A DNA stretch of 63,403 nt, the filler included, from Octopus bimaculoides (Eukaryota), in NCBI RefSeq assembly GCF_001194135.2. It is 6 parts of 5 records of this genome, joined end to end, with 100 filler letters (N's around TTAATTAATTAA, not from the genome) between each part and the next. Parts side by side here need not be neighbours in the genome. Positions count along the whole stretch, not along the records: positions 1 to 20,816 come from NC_068986.1; positions 20,917 to 39,727 come from NC_068983.1; 4 more parts are not named here. One strand, written 5' to 3'. Below are positions 13,901 through 26,079 of this stretch, one piece after another. The notes under the pieces are model-generated. The model saw nothing but the letters and a program-made list of their open reading frames with translations. It did not search any database and was not told the DNA's origin. The stretch's first letter is position 1. Each line of letters begins with the position of its first letter. The translations under genes and the position numbers were made by a program.

Positions 13901-14159
13901 TTAGAGCTGTTTTGTAGAGAGGTTTTTGAAGACCTATCAGTGCATAAACCAAAAGTTAACAAATATATAAACGGTTTTTAATATGGTAAAAGAAAATGAA
14001 ATCAAATGTTATTCAGGTCATGAAGATTCTCGAACTGGATAACAGGATATTTTATTTAACATTAATATATTGTAGCTGCAATTATTAGTGGACGAAATTT
14101 CGTATATTGATGACTTAAATTTGGATCTAGTTATGTAACTATCAATACATTCTTTTATC

Positions 14160-14345
14160 TATTATCTACCTATGTATCTATCTGCCTACCTACCTGCCTA
14201 CCTACCTGCCTACCTACCTACCTATCTACCTATCTATCAACTAGCTATCACTCTGTCTCTCTCTATATATATCTTTTCATGTACCTGCTTTTCTGTGTAT
14301 CTAACTATCTATCTACCTATATATATCTATCTATTTATCTAATCT
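14160..14345. repeat. (CCTA)n/(TCTA)n tetranucleotide microsatellite, followed by (GA)n
   Basis: Visible directly in the sequence. Confidence 0.9.
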
Positions 14346-14353
14346 ATCCATCT

Positions 14354-14393
<40 letters not shown>

Positions 14394-17087
14394 NNNNNNN
14401 NNNAGAGAGAGAGGTTAAAACAGTAACTAAAGTAATAAGAGTAATTTTCCTATTGGAAATACAACGACAAACTTTGTAGAAGGTGATTAAAAAATAATGA
14501 ACGGTGACTGCAGGAGCAATATCACAAAAAGTAACCGACAAGATTAGCTCACCAACATCAAGAAATTATGAATTAAAATGTTTGAGTTAGGCTGTAAATA
14601 TATCATATACATATCATATACATATCATTTACATATCATTTACAATCAGCGTATGACTCGAGGATTGTATGAAAATTAGAAATGAAAAATTTTAGTCGCA
14701 ACAATCAATTTAGTGCAGCCAAATAGCGTAAATAATGTCTACATCGGGACAAAATATGTCAGTATACATAACAACAAATTAGTGTTACAAACAATAGTAA
14801 AGCTAAATTGGAGAAGTTTAAAAGTATTAATGCCATACAGGGTTACTAATAGTGGCTCATAAAAGGAATTTAAAGCTCTGAAATCAGAAAGAAATCAGAT
14901 TATGTATCGTCATAATTGATTATAGATAATCGGATATTTTAAGAATCTTATGGTTGCAGGATTCGTTGTTTTTATTTTCGTACATCACCCTTTAGTAAAG
15001 ACCATTTCCAAACGATTCAGTCGCATACACATCACTAAATTAGTATTTTAATTCCTAAGTTTAGATGAACTTTTCTTCTAAATAAATTCCTTTTACTTTC
15101 AAACTGTGTATTCTTTTCGTTTAACGTTTAGATAAATCCAGAAAATTAATTCGTATTTTGTGCTCACGTGGCCGGGGTAAAATCCAACGCAGACCTTGTT
15201 CAAATTTGGCGCCTTTATTGTAGTTTTATATAAAATGTTGTCAGTTAATCAGATGGAATCTGATGAACATTCATTAGGATTAAAACAATTACAATAGTGA
15301 ACTTTACATGTGCACGTGCGCAAACGCACGCACGCACACACACATGCACACAAACACACACACACGTACACACACGTATGTTTGCTTGCATATACCGCTG
15401 CACATGATACAAATCCATTTTGCTCAAAGAATGCATGAATTCATAATTTAAACACATAAAACCGAATACACTTGCTATATCTTTTTACAATATCACCTAA
15501 AACACCAGCGTTAACATACCTCTCGTGTATGGGAAACCAAAAACTGCAAATAACAGAAAGTAATGCAGATGACAAATGTTAAATAGAAATTTCAATATAA
15601 ACTCCTGATATAAACTCCTGATATAAACTCCATGACTCACACTAATACTTTCTCACCGTCTGCCTGACAATTAATTGCCGTGCATTGCACTACAGGAGGC
15701 GAAACAAAAATGAGATATAAAATTCATAAGCTGATAAGAAAAACTAAACGATGAATATTAGCAACGGAAGCAAAGTAAAAACCAAAATTTGACACAGATA
15801 TAAATGTCAGCTAATAAAGAAGATTTACATGTCATAGAATATATTATGAATTAATGGGTTAAATAATGTAGATATCCCGATTATGATTAAAATTGTTATA
15901 CGTTATTGTCTTGATAAAAACTACAAAAACTGGTAATGCATAAATACTTTTATCGTACCTTTCTTTAGAAGAAGAGATTAATGGAGTCTAGAAAATTTAA
16001 TGAGCAATATTAATTCAAACTAAACTAATAAACAAACAATTATATATAAATGAGATTGAACTCGAACGCAGTCACGTCTTCAGTGAATATACATACACAC
16101 ACATGTGCGCATATACATGCGTATACGAAAGAGTGCACATCTATATGTACATGAATATGTATGTACATACATACTCAAATATATTTATAATACATACACG
16201 CACACATATTGAATTGTACGTATTCCTATATGTATATGTATATCTACATATGTATAACTTCATGTGTATAAGTTTTTTTTTTTTTTTGTATATATCTATA
16301 TTTGACAAACTAAAACATTAGGAATATTTTATAGTTTGAACTGATAGGAGATTGGAAATAACCATCAACACTAGGAAGAATGATTTTCAGATTTTTTTCC
16401 TTATAATTTATTCAATGAAAATCTAGAAAACATCAATACTAGTCGAAAATATCAAATATATCATATATCTTATATATCGTATATCAAATGTATCGTACAT
16501 CAACAGTGAACTTAATGATATAGGGAAAATATCAAGAGTGAATAGATTTTAATATAAACATTGGAAATAAAAAAATAGAAAAGGAAATACATATAAATTT
16601 ATTCTGTTTTGGTATTTTGATATTTAAAAAAAATCTAATTGTGAGGAAACATTTCGTATTAATTTTCTATTTTTCTACATAAATGAAAATAGTTATAGAA
16701 ATTCAAGAAAAAGAAAGTAAATAGAAAAATGGTAAGTCGATAGAGAATGCGTTCATAGAGGAAGAAGTGAAAGAGAACGAGATGAGATATGAACTGAAAG
16801 ATGATGTGACTTGGGAAAATATTTAATATGACAATTTTTCGAAACAAGATCTTGAAAACATAATTTACAAGTAAAAATTGACATTTATTTGGTATATTGT
16901 GAATATAATCATCGTGACTATGAATAATAAATGCTGGTGCATATTCAATAGGCATGGATATTTCATGGTATTTCTAGAGAGAAATGCGTACACCCCCACA
17001 ATCAAACGTAGGTAGTTGTTTCGCTGCCAATTTTCCGATCACATCATATATTTCAATTGGTTTTTTGAGTTGCTGATACTACCTTTC

Positions 17088-17118
<31 letters not shown>

Positions 17119-17258
17119 NNNNNNNNNNNNNNNNNNNNNNNNNNNNNNNNNNNNNNNNNNNNNNNNNNNNNNNNNNNNNNNNNNNNNNNNNNNNNNNNNN
17201 NNNNNNNNNNNNNNNNNNNNNNNNNNNNNNNNNNNNNNNNNNNNNNNNNNNNNNNNNN

Positions 17259-17307
<49 letters not shown>

Positions 17308-17775
17308 ATAACATAAGATTACCAACGAAGAAGCGATATCTTAACATAACTATGAGTAACGACTGAAACCATAAATGAAGTAAAATGTCTCAATTTAGCC
17401 TCTATTGCATCTTATCAGTTTCAATGAACCTGTTCCCTTGTTACAATTGTATGTCCGACAACGATTTTCAGTGAGAAATGTAGAATCTCAAATATATAAT
17501 ACTGACCCGAGCAATTTATAAGAACAATATCCTCGCAGTAGCTACAGTCTATGAACAACATCGGTGGAGACCAGCCATCATAACAATTAATTGATCATTA
17601 TTTGATGAATTGTGTGGATGGTTGCCCATAATATCAATGCACAACCAACTGGATCAGACGTTTAAAATCAAATGCTTGAAGTAACATCTTCCGTTATAGT
17701 TGTTGGTGAAGATTCTCAGTAAAGCTAAATGTAATTTGAAAGCTTTATGATTTTGAGCAGTCTTTTCATTTTTAG

Positions 17776-17896
17776 GACCAGATCTACTCTCGAACTCGGA
17801 ACGGGCTAAACGGGCCGCTCCTCTCCCGATCAGAGGCGGCCGTATGTATCGCAGCCATTGCGGCGCGAATGCACGGTGCCAAGTGGGCCACTTTTG
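17776..17896 (+). CDS. Internal coding exon of a probable secreted cysteine-rich precursor (xPDLLSNSERAKRAAPLPIRGGRMYRSHCGANARCQVGHF[C])
   Basis: Strong acceptor TCTTTTCATTTTTAG, donor TG|GTAAGC, a 121-nt GC-rich island in AT-rich DNA, an open frame with an R-A-K-R convertase site and C-x5-C-x5-C spacing (the third Cys codon is split by the intron). Confidence 0.7.
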
Positions 17897-18384
17897 GTAA
17901 GCAGAACTGGAGATGTGGGATTAGTCACTCTACAGGCAAAGTTTTAAAAGAAAGACAATTTTTCACAACATGCAGTCTGCGAGAGTGGAATGTCGGAGGA
18001 TATTTATACATGGAACTGTCATCACTTACAACAAAATATCATAAACGTAGTCATATTTCGAAATATTGACAGCAATGTGTTGTAGCAAAAACTATAACAA
18101 CAGCGACAGCGTTTGTACAAGCAGTAAGAACAATAACATGTCAGTCAAAGAGTCCCCGAAAATCACCAGCCGCATATCATGCACAGCGTAGCGAAAAACA
18201 TCACGACCACCATACTAATAGGAATCAGTAGCAATGACGATACTAACGACAGCAACAAGAGTGAAAAACTGATCAAAAGGTATTTATTTGCTCCGCTCAC
18301 TGGATAATAAATACGAACATTTAAAAAGCGGAGAAATATATCAACAGACTAGAGAAGAGAACAATGTTTTTGAGCGACTACAAC

Positions 18385-19434
18385 TGCTTAACCTCCCAAG
18401 CTAACACATATGATCTTTGCAATATCATTTTCGATGATACCATAGGGTTTATGTTCGTACCACTTTTTTCTCTGTCAGGTCAAGTCCATACTTCTTGCAA
18501 AGTGTCCAATGGACAACACTTGCTATGCTGTCATGATATCTCTTATATTCTTTCTGGGCTAGTGACGCACATTGATTGGTAATATACAATACGGTTTCAC
18601 CATTTTGTCCGCAAATTGTGCATTTATCACTTTCTGATGTGTTGTCTATTCTGTATTTTATGTAATCGGTTCTAAATCCTTGCTCTTGGGCAAGCCTCCT
18701 TTAGAGCCTCCATTTCTGGCTTTAAATCACTTTTAGTCATCCATAGCGTTCTTTTTTCTCTGCCTTAACTTCAACATCCCTATGAAATTATCCATGCATT
18801 CTTTTCTTTATCCATCTATTTTCAGTTTCATTCATTCTCAAGTGCTTGTACAGTGCTTTATCTTTGCAATCTGTCATCTTACATAAGCCTGACCTTCTTA
18901 CTTCCAATAATATAGGATCTGTGGCATCTTTTACATACCATGCTATGTTGTCTTCTTCTCCTCTAATGCTGTGTTCGCATCCAATCAGTCCTATTCCACC
19001 GCTTTTTCTTGGTACATACAGTCACATTTTGGATTGAGTATTCCATATCAAGTCAGCAACCTCCTTGTCCTTCTGTCTAAGCTGTTTAGTTCGTCTACTG
19101 TCGTTGCGATTACCGTGTTCCATATGTAAGGGTGAAACCGCCCAGGTGTTGATAGCTTCAAACTTATTCCGTCCGATTAATTTCGACTTAATGATCAGTC
19201 CACCTTAAATTTTTGTCTCATTTCTTTCTACATTAATTTATCAATTTCCAATATCCCCTAGTACTTATAGCTCGTCTCTTCTATTTGCCGTTATTGATAA
19301 TATGCATATTTTTTCATTGTCACTCATATGAGGTAGCGATTATCAGGTTGCGCAATTACCAAAGTTTTTATTGTGACAACATCACTAGATGTATCATCGA
19401 TCAGGACATGGGAAGATTCGAACTGCTTCCTTTC
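18385..19434 (-). mobile_element. R4/Dong-like non-LTR retrotransposon fragment A (end of RT to zinc knuckle), heavily decayed
   Basis: Translation remnants YKYLGILEIDKL, KSKLIGRNKFEAINTWAV, YVPRKSGGIGLIGCE and CTICGQNGETV..QCASLAQKEYKRYHD..VHWTLCKKYGL..KWYEHKP. The 5' junction abuts (TAA)n. Confidence 0.75.
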
Positions 19435-19445
19435 ATTATTATTAC

Positions 19446-19519
<74 letters not shown>
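19435..19519. repeat. (TAA)n array between two R4/Dong fragments
   Basis: Pure ATT repeat running into a gap. Confidence 0.95.
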
Positions 19520-19598
19520 NNNNNNNNNNNNNNNNNNNNNNNNNNNNNNNNNNNNNNNNNNNNNNNNNNNNNNNNNNNNNNNNNNNNNNNNNNNNNNN

Positions 19599-19984
19599 AT
19601 TTTGAAAGTTTTTCCATTTCTTTTAGAGAAACGTTGTCATCTGCTGGTATTGATACATCAATTAGAAAGCATTTTTTTTCTTCATGATCTTTGACAACTA
19701 TATCTGGTCTATGTACCTTAATTTCTCTATCTGTGTGTATTGGCATATCCCAGAGTATGGCTCGTTTTCTGTGATCTTTTCTGGCGTGTGTTTATACCAT
19801 CTTTTTTCTGTTGTTATTCCATAGTGTTGGCATAGCTTCCAGTGTATATAGGTCCCAGCTCTGTCGTATCTGTGAATATATTCCTTCTTAGCCAGGACTG
19901 GGCAGTCAGAGATAATATGATTTATTGTTTCTTGTCCATCGCCACATATTCTGCAGTTACTTGTTATGTTTCTTTTCATTATAT
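19599..19984 (-). mobile_element. R4/Dong-like fragment B (CCHC knuckle plus restriction-like endonuclease)
   Basis: CRICGDGQETINHIISDCPVLAKKEYIHRYD..HWKLC..RWYKHTP, then, after a frameshift, WDMPIHTDREIKVHRPDIVVKDHEEKKCFLIDVSIPADDNVSLKEMEKLSK. Confidence 0.9.
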
Positions 19985-20816
19985 TGATACAACCACCGAA
20001 AATACAAATTAGTGTTATATCCCTATCTCCCTAGCTGGGTTTTGAAACCGTATTCTGGTTGTTGGGGACAATGGCATTTCCTTTGTCTTGTCAGCAACCA
20101 CAGCTATTTTTAGCGTAGGAATGATCGCTGCCCTTTGCCGGTCAGCGAAAGTTTAAAAAAGCAGGATAGGAATCGTACTGAACTGACCCAGCTTTGGGAG
20201 GGGGTAAGGTAACACTATTGGGCTACGGTATTTGTGAGAAATACGAGAACAGGAATTGGCGCGAAGCGGTCGGCCGAGGATTTAGGGTCAGTCGAGTTGT
20301 AGCAGTCAGCCGGAGCAGTTGGGGACAGCATTTTTGCCAGTCGAGTTGGATGAAGTGAAGATGAAGAATGATAAGTCTGACAGAGAGAAAGCTATAGTCA
20401 GCAGAAATGCATAGGGTCTCAGAGAGAGAGAGGGACAGAGAGATGGGATTCTGGCAGCCAAAAGAGATAGCAGTAGTCAGTTGTTTACCTCTTGGATTAT
20501 AGTGTTTGTGAAAGAAAGGAAGTTATTACAGCAAAGGTTTGTCTAAATATTCTTCCAAGAAAATGTATTTGTCGTTATGATGTATAAAGAAAAAGAACTG
20601 TTAACTGTGATGTTAACTTGAAAGAGAAAGAAAAGAAAGAACTTTTACATGTGTAACTGAAAAGAAAACGAAGAAAAGAAAGAACTTTTAAAGGACTCAA
20701 TGTACGAACTCTTGTTCATGTAACGATTGCAAAGCCTTGATTATGTTGCATGCGCCATTATATGCTATTGAATTGTTATGTAATGTTTTACTCTGATGTA
20801 CTGTTTTATAATGTAT
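19985..20816. mobile_element. LTR-like dispersed repeat, copy 2 (probable solo LTR)
   Basis: Diverged direct copy of 1-742. The left boundary starts TGATACA (TG...CA-type terminus) exactly where the R4 coding sequence stops. Confidence 0.7.
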
Positions 20817-20916
20817 NNNNNNNNNNNNNNNNNNNNNNNNNNNNNNNNNNNNNNNNNNNNTTAATTAATTAANNNNNNNNNNNNNNNNNNNNNNNNNNNN
20901 NNNNNNNNNNNNNNNN
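20817..20916. other. Artificial scaffold spacer (44N-TTAATTAATTAA-44N)
   Basis: An identical 100-nt construct occurs five times. TTAATTAATTAA gives stops in all six frames. Confidence 0.95.
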
Positions 20917-21001
<85 letters not shown>

Positions 21002-21329
21002 TGTATAAAATACTATATTTATATATACCATTCTATGCTAATATTGAACAGTGAGAATAAGCAGTCAACACTGCATTGGTGGATAAATATTTTTTATTTG
21101 TGGGTACCATAGTATTTTCCTCTGTCTACATCTTTTTAGCCTATTTACTTTCAGTTCAATATAGGTTATGCTCTTCTTAAACTGGGACCTTTCTAATGTG
21201 CTGTTGTAATATGGAGCTGTCTTTTTGAAAATATATTGTACAATCCTCCATATAGCATGTATTTGGGAAATTACACCTATATATCTTGTTTGTCTTCAAG
21301 TCCAGCCTTATTAATTTCAAACATTTTTG

Positions 21330-23330
21330 TACTCTGAAAATATTGAACCTAAAGATCTCGCCCTCTGTTTCTGGCTTTTATTTCTCAAAGTAAGCTGTTG
21401 AATGACAAAAGATACAAGAACAAAATAAATGACAGATCAATCACCTCCTTTTTATGGATAATCAAAAGCTTTTGGGAAAATGTGGTCAACAACTGGAAAG
21501 GCTTTACGTGATGATATTGAAATGGAGTTTTACCATGATATATGTACTAAAATCACATTCTTTTACCTTTTAGCATTTAAACTGGATATATCCTACCCAA
21601 ATATTCTAACTGTTTTATGTTCAAACTGGTTACGTCTGGCCTCTCACACTTACCCTACATTGTCATTCTCAAACTAAATAATCACATCATCAAAATCTGA
21701 AAGCTATGAGATCTATGATAAATTCAAAACAATTTGTATAAATAACCATTACATTTGACAGAGTAATCTAAATGCTAAAGGGATAAAGGAAAACTTGAAA
21801 ATGTATGACATACAGCTAGACAAGAATACAATAATCAAGAAATTAGATCCTGAAGAAAACTACAAATATTTAGGTGGTGGGGGATATCATCTGGTACCTC
21901 CATAATGCACAAGAAAATACAGAAAGAATGTTATTGTAGAATTAGGACTATCTTGAAAAGTGAACAGGATTGATACACTCAGTTCCCTTGCTATACCTGT
22001 TGTAACCTACAGATTTAATACCATAAAATGTTCCGACAATGAGATCAGTAAAATTGAAACAAAGATGTGCAGCTTCCTCACAGTGCACTGCACGAATCAC
22101 CTAAAGAAGATATAGGCAGACTACACATCCTATAAAGGATGGAGGATGTGCACTGATGCTATTGCAACTGTCTCTAAAAACAATCATATACTTATTCAAA
22201 GAACACCGATGACTGGATTTTTGAAGTTGTCTTCAAGCATTAAAGTGCCAAGAAACTGCACTTAATATCAGAAGAAGCAAAATTATATGTAAAAGAATTA
22301 AAGATGAATTAGATGAAGCAGAAGAACCCATTGTGAGAATGAAACAAATCAAATGGAATCTCAGAGTTGTGTAATAGATAGAAAAGTAAGGCATTACGAA
22401 ATTTTAAAATAATCTCTAAGCTTAGCAGTTCTGATGTTGATACAAAATATGACACATCAATAGCTATCTGCATCTGGACTTAAATCAGAAACAGATGGTT
22501 TCATTTTAGCAGCTCAGGACCAGCGTCTATCAACTAGAAATTACAAAGACAACACACTTAAAAATGATGTTTATTCTACATACCACTTTTGTGGTACAAT
22601 CAGAGAAACAATTGATCACCTCTGGATGTTCTATGTTAGCCTCAAATGAGTGTGCTAATTGTCATGATAAGGTTGGCCAGTATTTGCACAGGATTATACA
22701 CTGTCAGTTTGCACTCCCATATGAGAAGAACTGGTAGAAACATGAGCCTTCCCCATTACCATTAGTATTCAAGCTAAATAAGCTATTTGAGCCAATAGTC
22801 CTGATAATGTGGTGAACAGTCACATTGTCAAAACATGTTTTCTCATAGATATGGCAATCCCAGCAGACTGCAACAGCTCTGTAAAAGCATTTGAAAAGTT
22901 CATTAAATACAAGGATCTCAAAATAAAGGTGTCAAAAATGTAGCATCTAAAAACAACAATTGTTCCTGTAATCATCAGAGGTTTCAGGATAATATCAAAT
23001 GGCACTCTTAAAGCTATAGCCAAATACTAAAAAACCTAAATGTATCAGAACTATAAAAAAATTATTCTCATAGATATAGTCCACATCCTAAGTAAAACAC
23101 TGTCAACCTGAGAATGTCTGGATGTTTCAAAATCTTTCAAAATTGCAAATATTACAACAAACTTTTTACAAAGTCTTAATTCTCAGTACATGGTCTCCTT
23201 TCCTTGAAAGATGTCTTTGTTAATCATAAATAACATCCTCAGTAAAATGTCTGACTCGTTGTTTCTTGAGTTCTCTGGTTGAGACTTGGAACAGCTTGTA
23301 TAGAACAAAACAACAACAAAAACATAATAG
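21330..23330 (+). mobile_element. R4/Dong-like LINE fragment C (RT domains 4-7 through endonuclease and 3' UTR), old and decayed
   Basis: Remnants INHLLFMDNQKLL, DDIEMEF..CTKITF, EENYKYLG, LAIPVVTY, SGLKSETDGFILAAQDQ, ETIDHL and CFLIDMAIPADCN..FEKFIKYKDL. The 3' UTR block GTTGAGACTTGG matches 29490-29520. Confidence 0.8.
21566..21782. mobile_element. piggyBac-type (TTAA-target) MITE inserted into R4 fragment C
   Basis: TIRs CCTTTTAGCATTTA / TAAATGCTAAAGGG (13/14 match). The flanks TTTA and ATAA are each one change from TTAA. The LINE reading resumes across the insertion. Confidence 0.65.
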
Positions 23331-23334
23331 CAGT

Positions 23335-23520
23335 TACAAATTTCAAGGGGAAGGGGATAAATCAGTTACACCAACCTAGTACTTGACTGATACTTTATTT
23401 TATTGACTCAAAAGTGAAGTTATCATTAGTAAGATTTGAACTCAGAAAGACAAAGAACCAGAAGAAATATCACATCTCATTTTGTCTGATGCTCTAACAA
23501 TTCTGTTAACTCACTACCCT
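23335..23520 (-). mobile_element. tRNA-headed SINE family 1, decayed copy
   Basis: Reverse-complement similarity to 27193-27411. Confidence 0.65.
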
Positions 23521-24269
23521 AGAAAAATAGCAGTGTCCACTTATTATATAGAATAGAGAAAATGTAGATTTAAGCATTCAGTTTGAAATACAGGGATTAG
23601 TAGGTACTTGGTAGTGTAAACAGTAACACATTACTGCTGTTCGGTAAATATGGGGTTAAAATCTAGTCAATGTCTTACAACCCTGTCCTGTTTGTGAATG
23701 GGGCTTGTAAACCCTAATATAAAATTACTTGTCACAGTAAATGTCAAACAATCATTTCTCATTTTAAAAATCACCTGGTTGATGTTTCTCAAGTAAAATT
23801 ACTTGTTGAACTGTTAATTAGCCAATTACTTGAAAAACTATTAATCACCCACCCTAAAATAGCAGCATTTGATTGATGTTCTATCTGGGAAACATGTTAT
23901 AGCAGAATTGATATCATAGAAGAACTGTATTTACATATTCTTGTCTTTTTGTTCCAGAAATTAAAAAGAAATTCTGGAAGGGTTCAATGTGATGTAATTT
24001 CTCTTTTGTTAAAACTTCTAAGCAGTTTGCAGAATTCATTTCCCAGTTCATAGTGGCCAAAACAAATTAATAAGAGGAAAAAAATGGAATAATATAAATT
24101 TTAGCTGTTTTTATATCTAAATTATAGCCACTGAATTACTTTCTGAAATTATTGTGTGCTTGAGAAAACTTTCCAAATTGAGTGATAAAGGCAAATAAGA
24201 TCTACCTGCATAAAACATTTGTTATATAACATCTGTCTGCTGTGTTTTTCATGTTGTCATGCATTTTAA

Positions 24270-24460
24270 TTATATTGCCTGTTACTGCATATTTTGCAGA
24301 AAGATGTTTCAGTGCATTGAAAAGATTAAAAACACATTTAACGAATACATTAAGTCAGCTAGGTTGAGTAGATTAAACTTATTAAATACCTATAGAAAAA
24401 CTTTAAATGCCAATAAAATTATTAAAGACTTTGCCAAAGAGCTCAAAAGAACTTCTTGAT
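24270..24460 (+). mobile_element. hAT transposase C-terminal dimerisation-domain remnant
   Basis: PVTAYFAERCFSALKRLKTHLTNTLSQ, then after a frameshift RLSRLNLLNTYRK..IIKDFAK; this matches the hAT [S]AERSFS-LKR-KT-LR-TM-Q-RL motif. Confidence 0.7.
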
Positions 24461-25757
24461 ATATAAATATATATTTAAGGTTTTTAAAGATAAACTTTTA
24501 TGACTGAACAATTCCTAATTTTGTATATTTTCTTCTGTTCTGTCTCTTTGTACTTTCTTCATTAAATAGCCACAGAAAACTTGCCTTAGTTGTATTATTA
24601 AGAAAAAGTACTTTCAAACTAGCTACTAAACCGTGAAACATTCAAAAGTAAAATGGAGGTGATGGTGGGGAGGATCCTTATAATTTATAAACATTATGCA
24701 TGGTCAATGCTCTTTAGAGCCATCCCCTTGTATTTAAACAACCAGCTGTGATTCTATGATGAGTATTTTCTGGCAATAAACATACCTATAAACTCTGCCA
24801 TTTGTTGGGCTTTTGCCTTTTATCCTTTCACAACAGATTTCTTGAATACTTACCATTTATCTTCCCATTCATCCACTAAAAAAATCTTAACTACATAGAG
24901 GCATTATCCTTGTTAGATTTAGTTAGTTTTATATATCACAGTGTTTACTCTATTAATACTTCCTTCTCAGAAGCATTTCCTATCTAAAAGTGATAAGTTC
25001 ACAGTGCTTACATTCTGATTTCAAGCAACAATGGCCTGCTTTTCACACCCCAGTATAAAATATTATATAAATGATCAGAAACAAAACCGGTTTTCCTTTG
25101 AACTTTAATATTCATATACTTTGATATTACTGTATTTATATATTTTATGTATCATGTTGATGCTGAGCAAAATCTGATTGAATTTTATTTTTCAATTTAC
25201 TTTTTCCTTACTCTTTCTTATTAAACTCTTCCTTGCTTGCAACAATTAGAAACAGTAAACCTTGATTAAATACTTTCCCCAAAATCTTAAAACAGTTCTC
25301 ACAACCCTCTTTCCATTCAACAAATGCAACTTTTAAGTTTTCTACTCACTCACCATATTTGCTGAGCAAATGAGGAAATCTATATGTGGTTAGTTGATTT
25401 TCTAGAAATAGCAGTCAAATCTTGAGTTACACCCATTGTTTGACAAAATTAATTCACTGAATTTTCCTTTTAGCATTTTCTTTTTTTTTATTTGTTTCAA
25501 TAATTAGACTGTGGTCATGTTGGGGTACCACCTTTCAGAATTTTAATCAAATAAATCAACCACATTATTATTTTTTTTTATTTCTTAAGCCTGGTACATG
25601 TTCTATCCATCTTTTTTGCTGAACTGCTTAGTTACAGGAATGGAAACAACAATACCAGTTATCAAGTAGTAGTGGGCGACAAACAGACATACAGATACAC
25701 ATAAATGCATATATACATACATTCATACATAAATAGATACATAAATACATACACACA

Positions 25758-25791
<34 letters not shown>

Positions 25792-25845
25792 CATACATAC
25801 ATAAATACATATATATATATACTTTAATTAAAGCTGAAAAATTGT

Positions 25846-25896
25846 TCACAAACTGTTACTCAGAGTTTCACATTACCTTTCATTCGACAGTTGTGA
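25846..25896 (-). ncRNA. Degenerate minimal type-I hammerhead-ribozyme-like motif
   Basis: (-) strand: TCACAACTGT-CGAATGA-AAGGTAATGT-GAAAC-TCTGA-GTA-ACAGTTTGTGA. Stem I is 10 bp with one bulge, followed by GAAAC, a near-palindromic ACTC-T-GAGT stem III and a GUA cleavage triplet. The CUGANGA box carries 2 substitutions. Confidence 0.5.
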
Positions 25897-25914
25897 TCAT
25901 ACATATGTGATTGT

Positions 25915-26070
25915 ATATGTATGTGCGTGTGTGTATGTGTGTGTCTGTGTGAGTCTACCAGATCCACTCACAAGGCTTTGGTCAGTCCAAGATTATTGTA
26001 GAAGACACTTGCCCAAATTAACATGCTGTAGGACCGAACCCAGAACCATGTGTTTGGAAGGCAAACATGT
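25915..26070 (-). mobile_element. tRNA-headed SINE family 2, 5' fragment
   Basis: Reverse-complement similarity to 49866-50090 (GGGCAAGTGTCTTCTAC..CCAAAGCCTTGTGAGTGGAT). Confidence 0.75.
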
Positions 26071-26079
26071 TACACATAT

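Noticed and set aside
20861-20872. Recurrent TTAATTAATTAA motif as a possible regulatory or recombination site
   Set aside because: It is always centred in exactly 44+44 Ns, so it is an assembly linker.
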